From: an uncultured virus (IMG/VR IMGVR_UViG_3300032893_002794)
Lineage: Duplodnaviria; Heunggongvirae; Uroviricota; Caudoviricetes
Length of the DNA stretch: 26,998 bases
Strand: one strand, 5' to 3'
IMG/VR virus record: IMGVR_UViG_3300032893_002794
Below the pieces are notes generated by a model. The model was given only the letters and a program-made list of their open reading frames with translations, was not told where the DNA came from and made no database searches. The position numbers and the translations under genes were made by a program. Below, in pieces: positions 15,484 to 24,098 of the stretch (position 1 is the first letter of the stretch; each line of letters opens with the position of its first letter).

Positions 15484-15834
15484 ATGAGCACCGAAACACC
15501 TGACCAACCCCTGGCGGAGCAGACCAAGCTGCAGCAGCAGCGACTCGCTCTCACTATCAAGACCGTCTGGGCGGCCCTCATCAAGCCCAACTGGACCTCC
15601 GACGAGCTCATAGCGCTGGGCAAGGCCGTCTACTCCAAGCAGGCACTGGCCGCCATCGATGGTGCCCTGTTTCAGCGCATCTTCCCCCACCTGCAGAGCA
15701 TCGGCACCGACCTCCTCTCATTCTTTGACCAAGAGCGAGTGGAAGAGATGAAGCGCAAGCTCAACGAGACGCACGGCAAAGATTCAGCACCCCCCGCAGG
15801 ACCCCGCAAGAAGGAAGACGACGATGCCGTCTGA
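15484..15834 (+). CDS. Hypothetical protein
   Basis: Co-oriented, tightly packed ORF with GGAG upstream. Confidence 0.7.
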   Translation: MSTETPDQPLAEQTKLQQQRLALTIKTVWAALIKPNWTSDELIALGKAVYSKQALAAIDGALFQRIFPHLQSIGTDLLSFFDQERVEEMKRKLNETHGKDSAPPAGPRKKEDDDAV

Positions 15835-16126
15835 CCGCGACGTCGTGATACCCATCTCTACCGGTAGCGTTATCGGAAGTGATCCCCTGCGGACCATCCA
15901 GGGAGGCGGCACCCGCATGGTGCCCATGGTCCCCGTGGGAGAGGGCCGCCTGCTCCCGTGCATCTGGAGATCGCACTCCGTCAAAGAAGGCGTAGACAAC
16001 ACCGGGCGTCCCATCCGCGTGCACGAGTGCCTGCTGCTGGTCGGGAGAGATCCACTCCTCACCCTGCGGGCCGAGGTCGACGTGGACGCCTGGAAGCAGT
16101 TCGGCAACGGCCCCGTCGAGTGGTAG
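15824..16126 (+). CDS. Hypothetical protein
   Basis: Overlaps the upstream gene end; high-GC codon bias. Confidence 0.65.
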   Translation: MPSDRDVVIPISTGSVIGSDPLRTIQGGGTRMVPMVPVGEGRLLPCIWRSHSVKEGVDNTGRPIRVHECLLLVGRDPLLTLRAEVDVDAWKQFGNGPVEW

Positions 16127-16136
16127 GAGAAAAAAC

Positions 16137-16484
16137 ATGAAAATTTCCAGCCTGTTCGACCTCCTGACAGACGCCAAGGACGTGCTCGACGTCTTCGAGG
16201 GCGTCGAGACTCGCGAGCAGATGGTGTCAGCTCTCGAGCGGCTCAAGCACCAGGACACCGAGTTGTTACTTGACTGTCTAACTAGCCTCTCCATGTCGGT
16301 CAACCGCGCCCTGAACGACACCATGGAGATGTCAGCCGTAGTCGACGACGAGCCGGACGACGACGGCGATCTCGAGACCGAGCTCGCTAAAATTGCAGAA
16401 TCCGTCGCGACGGATGACGGCAAAATGACAAATACGGGTGAGAAAACTCCCGACACTGATCCAAAAAAGGCCGTGCAGAGCTGA
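16137..16484 (+). CDS. Highly acidic hypothetical protein
   Basis: AGGAG SD; D/E-rich. Confidence 0.7.
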   Translation: MKISSLFDLLTDAKDVLDVFEGVETREQMVSALERLKHQDTELLLDCLTSLSMSVNRALNDTMEMSAVVDDEPDDDGDLETELAKIAESVATDDGKMTNTGEKTPDTDPKKAVQS

Positions 16485-16490
16485 TCAGCG

Positions 16491-16501
16491 CGTGGTAGAA
16501 T
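16491..16501 (+). promoter_or_regulatory. Extended -10 element
   Basis: CGTGGTAGAAT (TGn-TAGAAT) in the intergenic gap before 16530. Confidence 0.5.
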
Positions 16502-16529
16502 TGAGCTCACCAGGTCAAAAGGTGGGCCC

Positions 16530-16781
16530 ATGGCGAACAAAATCGCACTAGCCCTCACACTCACGTGTAGAGAGCTTGAGAGAGATCCGGCACCAGCCGA
16601 TTCTCTGTCGGTGGACTGCCGCGCCTGCGACCCAGACAACCCCCGCTCAGTGCCCCGCGAGAAATGCCGCGCCTGCCGCGGCACCGGCAGGGTGCCGACC
16701 GACCTAGGTCCCATCGTGGGCGAGCTCCACGCCTCCCGCCTTGAGCTCCTGCGAGGCGGCCGACGAGACGACGACGAGTAG
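16530..16781 (+). CDS. Small zinc-finger protein (DnaJ-like CxxCxGxG)
   Basis: CRAC...CRACRGTGRV. Confidence 0.7.
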   Translation: MANKIALALTLTCRELERDPAPADSLSVDCRACDPDNPRSVPREKCRACRGTGRVPTDLGPIVGELHASRLELLRGGRRDDDE

Positions 16782-16847
16782 GCACCGCGAACACCAGTAA
16801 ATGATGCTCCCCACGAGTCGGCCCTCACCCCAAGCCGAACTCGATGT

Positions 16848-16890
16848 CAAAATAAAAAAACTTGCTCCTCGGAAGTAAGTGTCGTAAAGT
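16848..16890 (+). promoter_or_regulatory. Sigma-70-type promoter with UP-element-like A-tract
   Basis: A-tract to 16860, -35 TTGCTC (16862-16867), 17-bp spacer, -10 TAAAGT (16885-16890), then GGAGG and ATG at 16915. Confidence 0.7.
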
Positions 16891-16914
16891 GAGCACTGAG
16901 CTGGAGGTTGACCG

Positions 16915-17109
16915 ATGGAGCGAAAACAAGAGAAGCGACGTGAGCTAGAAGCGATCTCCCCCGTCGAAACCCACGACAAGTGCGCCAGGCGGGGATGCAA
17001 CAACCTCAAGTGGGAAGGCGAGGCGTTCTGCCTCACCTGCATCGCCCTCAAGCACGACGGTCCCGGCACCTCGTGCGACAACTTCCCGGCCCTGCGAGTC
17101 CCCACCTGA
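16915..17109 (+). CDS. Small Cys-rich protein
   Basis: GGAGG SD; CxxxGC and FCxxC motifs. Confidence 0.65.
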   Translation: MERKQEKRRELEAISPVETHDKCARRGCNNLKWEGEAFCLTCIALKHDGPGTSCDNFPALRVPT

Positions 17110-17181
17110 TGCACCCTATTCCCCTGCTGAGCTACCTACCCACCGGTAACGACGACAGCCCTGCCGAGGAGGATATCGAAG

Positions 17182-17502
17182 ATGACGCCGACATCGAGTA
17201 ACCACCTCTCAGTGACTGCGCAGCCCAACCTGCGCGATCTGCTCACGACAGCCTGCTCCAGTTGCGGCCTCGTCGTGAACTACGTAGTCATGCACCTGAG
17301 CGACGACGAGTCCGAGGTCACCGGCTTCGACGTCTACCACTACAACACCGATCTCTCCTTCGACGTCCTGATCAAGCTGTCCGAGCGCTTCCTCACGCGT
17401 GACATCAACCTGTCCTGCGAAATGGGATGTGAAAGTGACCGCTCCCACGAATCCTGCATCGAGGTCAAGAGTATACCTCCCGAAGCCATGAGAGCATCGT
17501 GA
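17182..17502 (+). CDS. Hypothetical protein
   Basis: GAGGAGG SD; CSSC motif. Confidence 0.6.
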   Translation: MTPTSSNHLSVTAQPNLRDLLTTACSSCGLVVNYVVMHLSDDESEVTGFDVYHYNTDLSFDVLIKLSERFLTRDINLSCEMGCESDRSHESCIEVKSIPPEAMRAS

Positions 17503-17503
17503 C

Positions 17504-17719
17504 GTGAAGACTTTCGCCATAGGATCTCCGTGCTCGCCCGAGGTCGCCGACTTCTACGACCGCGGCGTCCCCTACCAAGTCACCGGACTCCTCCGTTCCA
17601 GCGCCATCAGATCAGTCTTCCCGCTACCCCCCGCTCGCCTGAGTCGAATAGCCGTAAACGACGACGCTCTGATCCAGACCTTCGTGTCTCGCCAGAGTGT
17701 GCAGAACTACGTCAACTAA
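17504..17719 (+). CDS. Hypothetical protein
   Basis: Packed ORF directly after the upstream stop. Confidence 0.55.
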   Translation: MKTFAIGSPCSPEVADFYDRGVPYQVTGLLRSSAIRSVFPLPPARLSRIAVNDDALIQTFVSRQSVQNYVN

Positions 17720-17737
17720 ACCAAAACAGGAGATCTC

Positions 17738-18022
17738 ATGAGAGCCGTCTGGATCAAACTCTGCGAAGGAACGTCGGCTATGGAAGTACCAGGAGGCGTG
17801 CTCGTCAGCTCCTGCATCGAAGGATCTCCGAACACCGACCTCAATGGTGAGACCAGCGGCGGCGAGAGCGTCGCCGTGTGCATGGCGTTCGTCCCCGGAG
17901 CTGGCATCGACTGCTCCAAGATGGACGAGACAGGAGTGGGCGAGCTCAAGATCATAGGGAACGACGGCCAGCTGCGCGACTTCAAGCAATATGAACCAAG
18001 GCACCGACTACAGGAAAAATAA
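17738..18022 (+). CDS. Hypothetical protein
   Basis: AGGAG SD; AMEVPGGVLV...MAFVPG resembles a small phage beta protein. Confidence 0.7.
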   Translation: MRAVWIKLCEGTSAMEVPGGVLVSSCIEGSPNTDLNGETSGGESVAVCMAFVPGAGIDCSKMDETGVGELKIIGNDGQLRDFKQYEPRHRLQEK

Positions 18023-18038
18023 CCCGGAGACCGCACCC

Positions 18039-18626
18039 ATGAGACTAGCTCTACTGGCAGTCACTATGTCAGCTCTTTTCTCTTGCTCACTGGACCGCCA
18101 CGGGATCATCACCGTCCACCAGAACGCCGACGGAGGCCAGCCGATCTCGTGCGACGCCTCATCGACGAGTCCAGACTCCCTCCCTCCCGCCGAGCCTGAC
18201 CTGGCACGACCTGACACCACCCTCGGCTCAGAGAGACCGGACGCCGCGATCTCACTCGCTCCCGACAGCGCAGACGGTACCGCCGACCACCCGAGAAGAC
18301 TCTTGCCACCGAGAAGACGCGACGCCGGTCACCCCGCTGGCACCTCAGACACAGCGCCTGACTCCATGACAGTGATGACCGACTCCCAGTCGGACCAGAA
18401 GAGATCCACCGACGCCCCCGCGTACCGCGACGCCCTCCCCGAAGCCGGCCAGGAGACACCTCGCGATACCGAACGAGAAGTGCCATACGACGCTCCCCCC
18501 GAGTCCAAGCCCGAGTGCCCCTCCTACTGCTCGGGTGGCTGCTACCTCGGGTGCGACGGCGAGGGCAAGTGCCGCTCGTGCGCCGTCTGCACCTGCTCGG
18601 GCGAGACGGGGATCTGCCACTGCTAA
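18039..18626 (+). CDS. Putative lipoprotein with D/A/P-rich linker and Cys-rich C-terminus
   Basis: Signal MRLALLAVTMSALFS-C (lipobox-like), low-complexity PDA/ADG linker, 11 Cys in the last ~36 aa. Confidence 0.7.
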   Translation: MRLALLAVTMSALFSCSLDRHGIITVHQNADGGQPISCDASSTSPDSLPPAEPDLARPDTTLGSERPDAAISLAPDSADGTADHPRRLLPPRRRDAGHPAGTSDTAPDSMTVMTDSQSDQKRSTDAPAYRDALPEAGQETPRDTEREVPYDAPPESKPECPSYCSGGCYLGCDGEGKCRSCAVCTCSGETGICHC

Positions 18627-18639
18627 AAGAGGAGCATTC

Positions 18640-18876
18640 ATGGGCTACGACAATCGAAGCAACATGATCAGGGTCGACTTCTTCAAGCCATCGGGCAAGT
18701 ACTGCACCACAGAGGCCGTCGACATGCTCTCGGCTCACGACGAACCCGACCTCGAAAGAGCTACTCTCACCTGCATCGAGAATCACCTGAAGGGACGCCT
18801 CCGCGGCATGACCGCCGTCGTCCTCGAACCCTACCATATAAACCCCTACCCCCTCATGCTCAAGATACCAGAGTAG
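18640..18876 (+). CDS. Small phage-type hypothetical protein
   Basis: GAGGAG SD before ATG at 18640; RVDFFKPSGKY motif. Confidence 0.75.
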   Translation: MGYDNRSNMIRVDFFKPSGKYCTTEAVDMLSAHDEPDLERATLTCIENHLKGRLRGMTAVVLEPYHINPYPLMLKIPE

Positions 18877-18911
18877 GACCTGCACTCACTACCAGCCCGA
18901 CAAGGAGACAC

Positions 18912-19331
18912 ATGCTCGTCTCGATCGAACCACGACTCGCCCACAAAGAATCACGGGTATATTCTTTCTCCAGCTGCGGAGTGTGCGGATCACACAACAA
19001 CACTAGTCAGCCGACCTGCCCCGTGATCGTGTGCCTCGCCTGCGGGTCACCCCTCTGTCTCTCGTACAGCTCGAATGGCAAGAGGTGCCCGATCTGCCTC
19101 GGCGGGATACTGCCCGGCCAATCGGAGTGGCAAAACCCTTGTGACTACCGCGACTGCGGCAACCAAGCCGTCTTCGTCAATCACGGCAGGCGCTGCTGCC
19201 TGCAGCACATCAAGACAGCACCACGATCTCGACCACTCCACGGACGACAGCTGACCGTGCAAGAATGGATCGAACACCGCCTGCAGATCCGTGACCGTTC
19301 ATGGCACCGAGTCGCGACGATTGAAACATAA
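18912..19331 (+). CDS. Multi-CxxC zinc-binding protein
   Basis: AAGGAG SD; CGVC, CLAC, CPIC, CxxxxC, CxxH. Confidence 0.7.
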   Translation: MLVSIEPRLAHKESRVYSFSSCGVCGSHNNTSQPTCPVIVCLACGSPLCLSYSSNGKRCPICLGGILPGQSEWQNPCDYRDCGNQAVFVNHGRRCCLQHIKTAPRSRPLHGRQLTVQEWIEHRLQIRDRSWHRVATIET

Positions 19332-19363
19332 CTGTTACCGATCACTCGCGGAACACACTGCCC

Positions 19364-19729
19364 ATGCCACTCGACGAGAACCTCCCCCACGAGATCGCCC
19401 TCGCCGTCCGGCTCGCCCGCTTAAAGCAGCAGCAGGCCGACCGCTACCACGAGAGGGTCGCCCTCCTCGAGTCGAGACTGAGACCGCCCGACCCCTCCCT
19501 CAGAGATCCGCGCACCACCGACTCGGACTCGACATACCCGCGAGTCGTGGCGAGAGTCCTGCGCGACCTGGCCTTCGCAATGAGAGACCACCTCCGACAG
19601 GTAGGCTGCTGCGAGACCGACCGGATGCTCAACTACGTCGCCGAGGCCGAGCACACTGCCTACCTCCTCACGCGCGACACAGAAGACGACCACTCTCAGG
19701 ATCCACTTAACAGCTCGCCCGAGCCCTAG
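19364..19729 (+). CDS. Helical hypothetical protein
   Basis: Co-oriented ORF, last before the terminator-like hairpin. Confidence 0.6.
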   Translation: MPLDENLPHEIALAVRLARLKQQQADRYHERVALLESRLRPPDPSLRDPRTTDSDSTYPRVVARVLRDLAFAMRDHLRQVGCCETDRMLNYVAEAEHTAYLLTRDTEDDHSQDPLNSSPEP

Positions 19730-19800
19730 CAACATGGAAGATTGACCGTCCAACTCCGCCGAGAGAGTCCCCCTGGAACGAGCACCCCAGGTCGGGACGG

Positions 19801-19840
19801 GTGATGGCCCTGGCACAACGACCCAGGGCCATCGCTTTAT
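19801..19840 (+). terminator. Intrinsic terminator-like hairpin
   Basis: 13-bp stem GTGATGGCCCTGG / CCAGGGCCATCGC (one G-U), 9-nt loop, followed by TTTAT. Confidence 0.6.
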
Positions 19841-19965
19841 GTGCCACCTCCGTGTAGACTGCCACCAAGAGCACCTGCTCTTAAAAGTGCAGCAACCTCG
19901 GGCCGCCGGCGGGAGCCATCAACCTCAGCGGGGCAACTCCCCCGGCCCCTGCGGTCCACACGACC

Positions 19966-22101
19966 ATGGGCACCTTCAGCGGCAACGCGTTCGACTCCGG
20001 CACCTTCGACGTCTACGTGCCGCTGGGGTGGGACGTCGACACGGTTCCAAAACCCCGCCGCCGCCGACAGGTCATAAACCCCAACGCCCTGATATCACCG
20101 CCAGCTCCGCAGCGAGCTATCCCAATAGACCAGGCGACAACACCTGCCAATCGCCCGCCCCGCAGACACCCGGACCTGCCCGACCCCTACCGCACCCAGC
20201 AGCACTACCCAGCGAGCGACCAGACAGACTCTACCAAAGCTAGATCCCCGCGCCAGCAGCCGGAGCAGTGGGCCTCGTCGACTAACCGATCTGCGATCTC
20301 CCCCATCGCAGATCTAACCGCGCCACCAACTAGACAACTGCCCCGCAAGACCATCACCGCATGCGACGACGGTACTGCGAGCCCCTCTCACAGACCGATA
20401 CCCGACGAGCACCAGTCGCTCCTCGACCGCCGCCAGAAACCAAGAAGTGCTGCTACCACAGACGACGTCCCTCCGCCCCCGCCCGTCAGGACAGTCTACG
20501 CCGGCGATGTCCCCACTCCCCGACGTCGACGAACCGCCAGCAACCTCCGCGTCGACTCGCCGGCCGCAGCGGTGTCCCCGCCTCGACTCGGACCCCCCGA
20601 CCTGTCGATGCGGCAGCCCTGGCAGAAGAAAAAACTCTCAGAGGCGCAGGCGTCAGCAGATCCGCCGCTCAACCTCCGAGTCATCCCGTCGCAACCCAAC
20701 GACATCCGACCGCGCGGCATCGCGAATCGTCCCTCCCAAGAAGTCTCTGCTGCCACCCCCCGACCGACCTCTCCCGCCGTGGAAGAGCCTCCGAAACCAC
20801 ACACCGCCAGGCGCGGCTCGAAGATCGCACCACCTGACGACGTGCCTGCCCGGAAGACTATCGTACAAGTCGACGGCGTGCGCGGAGCTGAGATCAGACC
20901 AAGACGTGCTCGAACGCCCACCGACACCGAGATCTCCACCGCAGAGACTCGCCCCTCCCCCTTCGTGCCCTCAGCTGACTTCCACCGTGCCAGGCGCACG
21001 ACCAGAAAAGATCACGCGCACGAACCCGCAGTGATCGTCCCGGCCGGCTACTCCCAGCTGTGGATCGACAGGTTGCTGACACCTCGCCGTCCCATCCCTA
21101 CTGACAGCGTCGAGACTCTGCGAGGCCTGATCGCGAAGCTCACACCACACGAAGACACACAGCCGATCAGGTGGAGACCCTACCGAGCCAAGGACGTCGT
21201 CGACGTCCTGCGACCTCGTACTCCTTATCCTCCCTGGGAAGAGACTGACTCTCGCGCCAAGACCAGGAAGATCGCCGTCCCCGCAGAGCACGTCCTCGCG
21301 CGTTCAACCCCCCCGATCGTGATCCCGCCCTGGGGGTTCGAGCCCGCGGTCGCACCGAGGTGGTCAAGACCCCGCGTCTTCGTACCGGACGTTGTCGTCC
21401 TCATCCCCATCTCAGGTCCTGCCCCCGTCCCCAACCTGCCGATCAACGTCTACATCGGAGGCGGCACTCCACGGACGGAGATCGTCGCCGGACCTTCAGT
21501 AGACGACCTCGAGGACTACTACGACTCCCTCATCGAGCGCGCCGCTCGAATGAGAGGAATCACCCCAGACGTGCTCGGGCGTGAGGAGTACGAGCGCGAG
21601 CGCGAGCGCCGCTGGACTGAATCGATCCGCCCCGAGCCCACCAGGCAGACCACCTGCAGGTTCGAGCCCACCCTCTCACCCGAGACCTACCGACGAGTGG
21701 TGATGCTGGTCGGAGACGCCCGCTCGAGGGGGTTGACGGTGTCCGAGACCGATGCCTTCACCCTGCGCTATAGACTCCACAAGTTCAGCACAGACCTAGA
21801 GCTCAAGATGGTCGGCGGCTGCGTCGTCAAGCTCGCGACCTCGCGCCCAGCCGACCTCGTCGCCCTGGCCAGGCTCGCGAGGCTCCACCTCTACGAGCTA
21901 GTCACGTGGACTAGAGACGCCATCTTCGTCTTCGACGACACCACCCTCACGCCCAAAGTCCCACCCGTAGCGTGGTGGGCACTCGGAGCAGGGTGGGGCC
22001 TGGCCCTCGGCGCCGAGCTCTGGCGCGCTCCCGAGCCGCCCGATATCGATCTGCTCCCCCCCAAGAGATCTCGCAAGAGGTCGCGCCGCGGACGGCGCTA
22101 G
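19966..22101 (+). CDS. Large Pro/Arg-rich protein with C-terminal globular region and transmembrane segment
   Basis: 711-aa ORF; N-terminal FSGNAFDSGTFD; C-terminal VAWWALGAGWGLALGAELW followed by a basic tail. Confidence 0.7.
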   Translation: MGTFSGNAFDSGTFDVYVPLGWDVDTVPKPRRRRQVINPNALISPPAPQRAIPIDQATTPANRPPRRHPDLPDPYRTQQHYPASDQTDSTKARSPRQQPEQWASSTNRSAISPIADLTAPPTRQLPRKTITACDDGTASPSHRPIPDEHQSLLDRRQKPRSAATTDDVPPPPPVRTVYAGDVPTPRRRRTASNLRVDSPAAAVSPPRLGPPDLSMRQPWQKKKLSEAQASADPPLNLRVIPSQPNDIRPRGIANRPSQEVSAATPRPTSPAVEEPPKPHTARRGSKIAPPDDVPARKTIVQVDGVRGAEIRPRRARTPTDTEISTAETRPSPFVPSADFHRARRTTRKDHAHEPAVIVPAGYSQLWIDRLLTPRRPIPTDSVETLRGLIAKLTPHEDTQPIRWRPYRAKDVVDVLRPRTPYPPWEETDSRAKTRKIAVPAEHVLARSTPPIVIPPWGFEPAVAPRWSRPRVFVPDVVVLIPISGPAPVPNLPINVYIGGGTPRTEIVAGPSVDDLEDYYDSLIERAARMRGITPDVLGREEYERERERRWTESIRPEPTRQTTCRFEPTLSPETYRRVVMLVGDARSRGLTVSETDAFTLRYRLHKFSTDLELKMVGGCVVKLATSRPADLVALARLARLHLYELVTWTRDAIFVFDDTTLTPKVPPVAWWALGAGWGLALGAELWRAPEPPDIDLLPPKRSRKRSRRGRR

Positions 22102-22355
22102 CCGATGCCGCAGCTCCGCATGAGCCGGTCGTGGCTCTCGATCTGCTCGAGCCGTCGCTCGAACGGCACGCACCTGTCGCTCTTGCCGCAGCGAAGACAC
22201 ACCGGCTTCCAGCACGTGTGGCAGAAGCCCACAGGATCTCCTCGTCCCGGCCTGCGGTATATGCGCTGACAGTGCGCGCAGGTCAGGGTCTCGACGACCC
22301 TCACGCTCCCGCCAGCGTCGAACACCTCCGCGTGGCCGAGACCTACCGACGACAC
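22098..22355 (-). CDS. Zinc-finger protein
   Basis: CAHC, CHTC, CLRC plus further Cys. Confidence 0.7.
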   Translation of the reverse strand: MSSVGLGHAEVFDAGGSVRVVETLTCAHCQRIYRRPGRGDPVGFCHTCWKPVCLRCGKSDRCVPFERRLEQIESHDRLMRSCGIG

Positions 22356-22358
22356 CTG

Positions 22359-22805
22359 CTACTGCCTGACCTTCGCGTCCACGAGAACCTGTGCCGCCCC
22401 TCCTAGGACAACCACCAGGAACCCGAGACCGTTGTCAGCCACGGCCGGCATGAGCACCTCGGCCGACGGATCGTAAGCCGTCCACCTGTAGATCGACCGG
22501 GGGTTGACGCCCGTGGCGTCGATCACCTCGCCAGCCGTGTAGGTAGGCTCCACCGTCGCGTTCGACCCCGCGGTGAACAGCGAGGCTGGCGGGTCGTTAG
22601 GATCTACCGACGTCGGCGTCACCGGCGTGGTGGTCCCAGCCGCCGTGAACCTCTGGAGCGTCACCTCGAACTGAGAGTCGAGGCTCACGCTGCCCACGTT
22701 CGAGAGCTTGTACTCGATGAGGCGCGACCTCGCGTTGACCGTCGAGACGAGGGTGAGGGCAGTCTTAGCTGCCACCGACTGAGAGCCCTGAGCTGCGTAG
22801 ATCAT
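22359..22805 (-). CDS. Beta-rich T/A/V-rich protein, probable virion component
   Basis: Composition and strand pattern; ATGA overlap with the upstream gene. Function inferred. Confidence 0.65.
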   Translation of the reverse strand: MIYAAQGSQSVAAKTALTLVSTVNARSRLIEYKLSNVGSVSLDSQFEVTLQRFTAAGTTTPVTPTSVDPNDPPASLFTAGSNATVEPTYTAGEVIDATGVNPRSIYRWTAYDPSAEVLMPAVADNGLGFLVVVLGGAAQVLVDAKVRQ

Positions 22806-23059
22806 TTTTTGTCGCCTCTCTTCGCGCGGAGACTGATGGTCGCGTCACCGAGCTCGTGCTTCGGGCACAAGTGACCAGACTCGAGAGTCATACTACCCCC
22901 TCCCACCTGAGCCGTCAACGTCACGTGCTTCCACCTGCGGAGCTCTGCCTGGAGCCTGAGCCTGGAGACGGCGTCCTCGACGATCCGACCGTCAGGTCCC
23001 TGGAAGCCGGAGAACTGCTGCTTCTCGTCGACTTCCACGTTGCAGAGCAGGCATCGCAT
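22802..23059 (-). CDS. Hypothetical protein with CxxC and HxCxxH motifs
   Basis: First gene of a three-gene minus-strand unit. Confidence 0.65.
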   Translation of the reverse strand: MRCLLCNVEVDEKQQFSGFQGPDGRIVEDAVSRLRLQAELRRWKHVTLTAQVGGGSMTLESGHLCPKHELGDATISLRAKRGDKK

Positions 23060-23117
23060 GAGACCCCATGCTACGCGATAGGTGACCCCGAGATCAAGCC
23101 CGTGTTAGCATGACCCC
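23060..23117. promoter_or_regulatory. Back-to-back -10 elements (TAGCAT) serving divergent, apparently leaderless genes
   Basis: Minus strand: TAGCAT (23073-23068), 8 nt, ATG. Plus strand: TGtTAGCAT (23103-23111), 6 nt, GTG. No SD on either side. Confidence 0.5.
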
Positions 23118-24098
23118 GTGGCCCTAGCAGTAACACACACCTTCGTGTCGACCAAGCCGGCGAGCCCCGACCCCACGCTGGTCAGCTCCCCGCAGTGGAA
23201 CGACGGCCACACGATCACGGGAGTAGGAGACCCTAACGGCGTGGCCTCGCTCGACGGCAGCGGGCTCGTGCCCGTCAGCCAGATACCGGAGATCTCTCCA
23301 GGATCTATCTCCCACGTGAGGCAGTCACTCTACAACAAGCTCACGACCTCCGTCGTGACCACGAACCCCTTAACGTGGTACCTCGTGGCGTCCATCACCG
23401 CCGCCCAGTCAGGAGACGCCACCTGGGGACTCCGCGCGCAGGTCAGCGGTACCGTCTCCGCGGCGAACGCCAAGATGCAGGCCTGCATCTTCGTCGACGG
23501 CAACCCGGCGAGCGACACCATCCTCACGGGAGAATCGTCGGAACCTGGCGGCGCCCTGTCACTCTCTCCCAGCATCTCGCAGGTGCTCTACGGAATTGGC
23601 TCCCACACGTTCGAGCTGCGCGTGATGTCCCTCACCGCCGCTACATGGACCATCTCCCCGACGCTCACCACCGACACGGGCTTCCTCTGCGCCGACGAGA
23701 TAGGCACCGACGACTTCGGCACACTGGTCGGCAAGACCGGCTCGATCGGCACGACGACGTTCGCCCTCGCCACCTCCGACATCAACCCCGGGTCGACTCC
23801 CAAGTCGTGCGGCGCCGTCCAGCTCGACCCCTCAGGTTTCGCCGTCTCGATGGTCTGGCGATTCAGCGCCACAGGCTACTCGTACAACGGGCTATCGAAC
23901 TTCCACGTGAACCTCGTCAACCTGGCCACGAGCACAGTCGTCGCCACGCTAGCATTCACAGCCACCAGTCAACCAGTCTCCCAGACCGTCACCTTCACCC
24001 GCCCAGCCTCTGCCGCGGTCTACGAGGCTCAGTTCTACAGCGACACCGCTGGCGCCACTACCTTCCTCTGTTCTGCCCTGATACAGGTGAGCCCATGA
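23118..24098 (+). CDS. Putative virion fibre/spike protein
   Basis: N-terminal THTFVSTK...WNDGH and NGVASLDGSGLVPVSQIP, the latter a motif typical of phage fibre proteins; S/T/A-rich beta domains. Confidence 0.7.
   Translation: MALAVTHTFVSTKPASPDPTLVSSPQWNDGHTITGVGDPNGVASLDGSGLVPVSQIPEISPGSISHVRQSLYNKLTTSVVTTNPLTWYLVASITAAQSGDATWGLRAQVSGTVSAANAKMQACIFVDGNPASDTILTGESSEPGGALSLSPSISQVLYGIGSHTFELRVMSLTAATWTISPTLTTDTGFLCADEIGTDDFGTLVGKTGSIGTTTFALATSDINPGSTPKSCGAVQLDPSGFAVSMVWRFSATGYSYNGLSNFHVNLVNLATSTVVATLAFTATSQPVSQTVTFTRPASAAVYEAQFYSDTAGATTFLCSALIQVSP

Noticed and set aside
23375..24094. N-terminal 240 aa of the 646-aa ORF
   Set aside because: Arg/His-rich off-frame reading of the 23118-24098 gene; the real start is the ATGA overlap at 24095.
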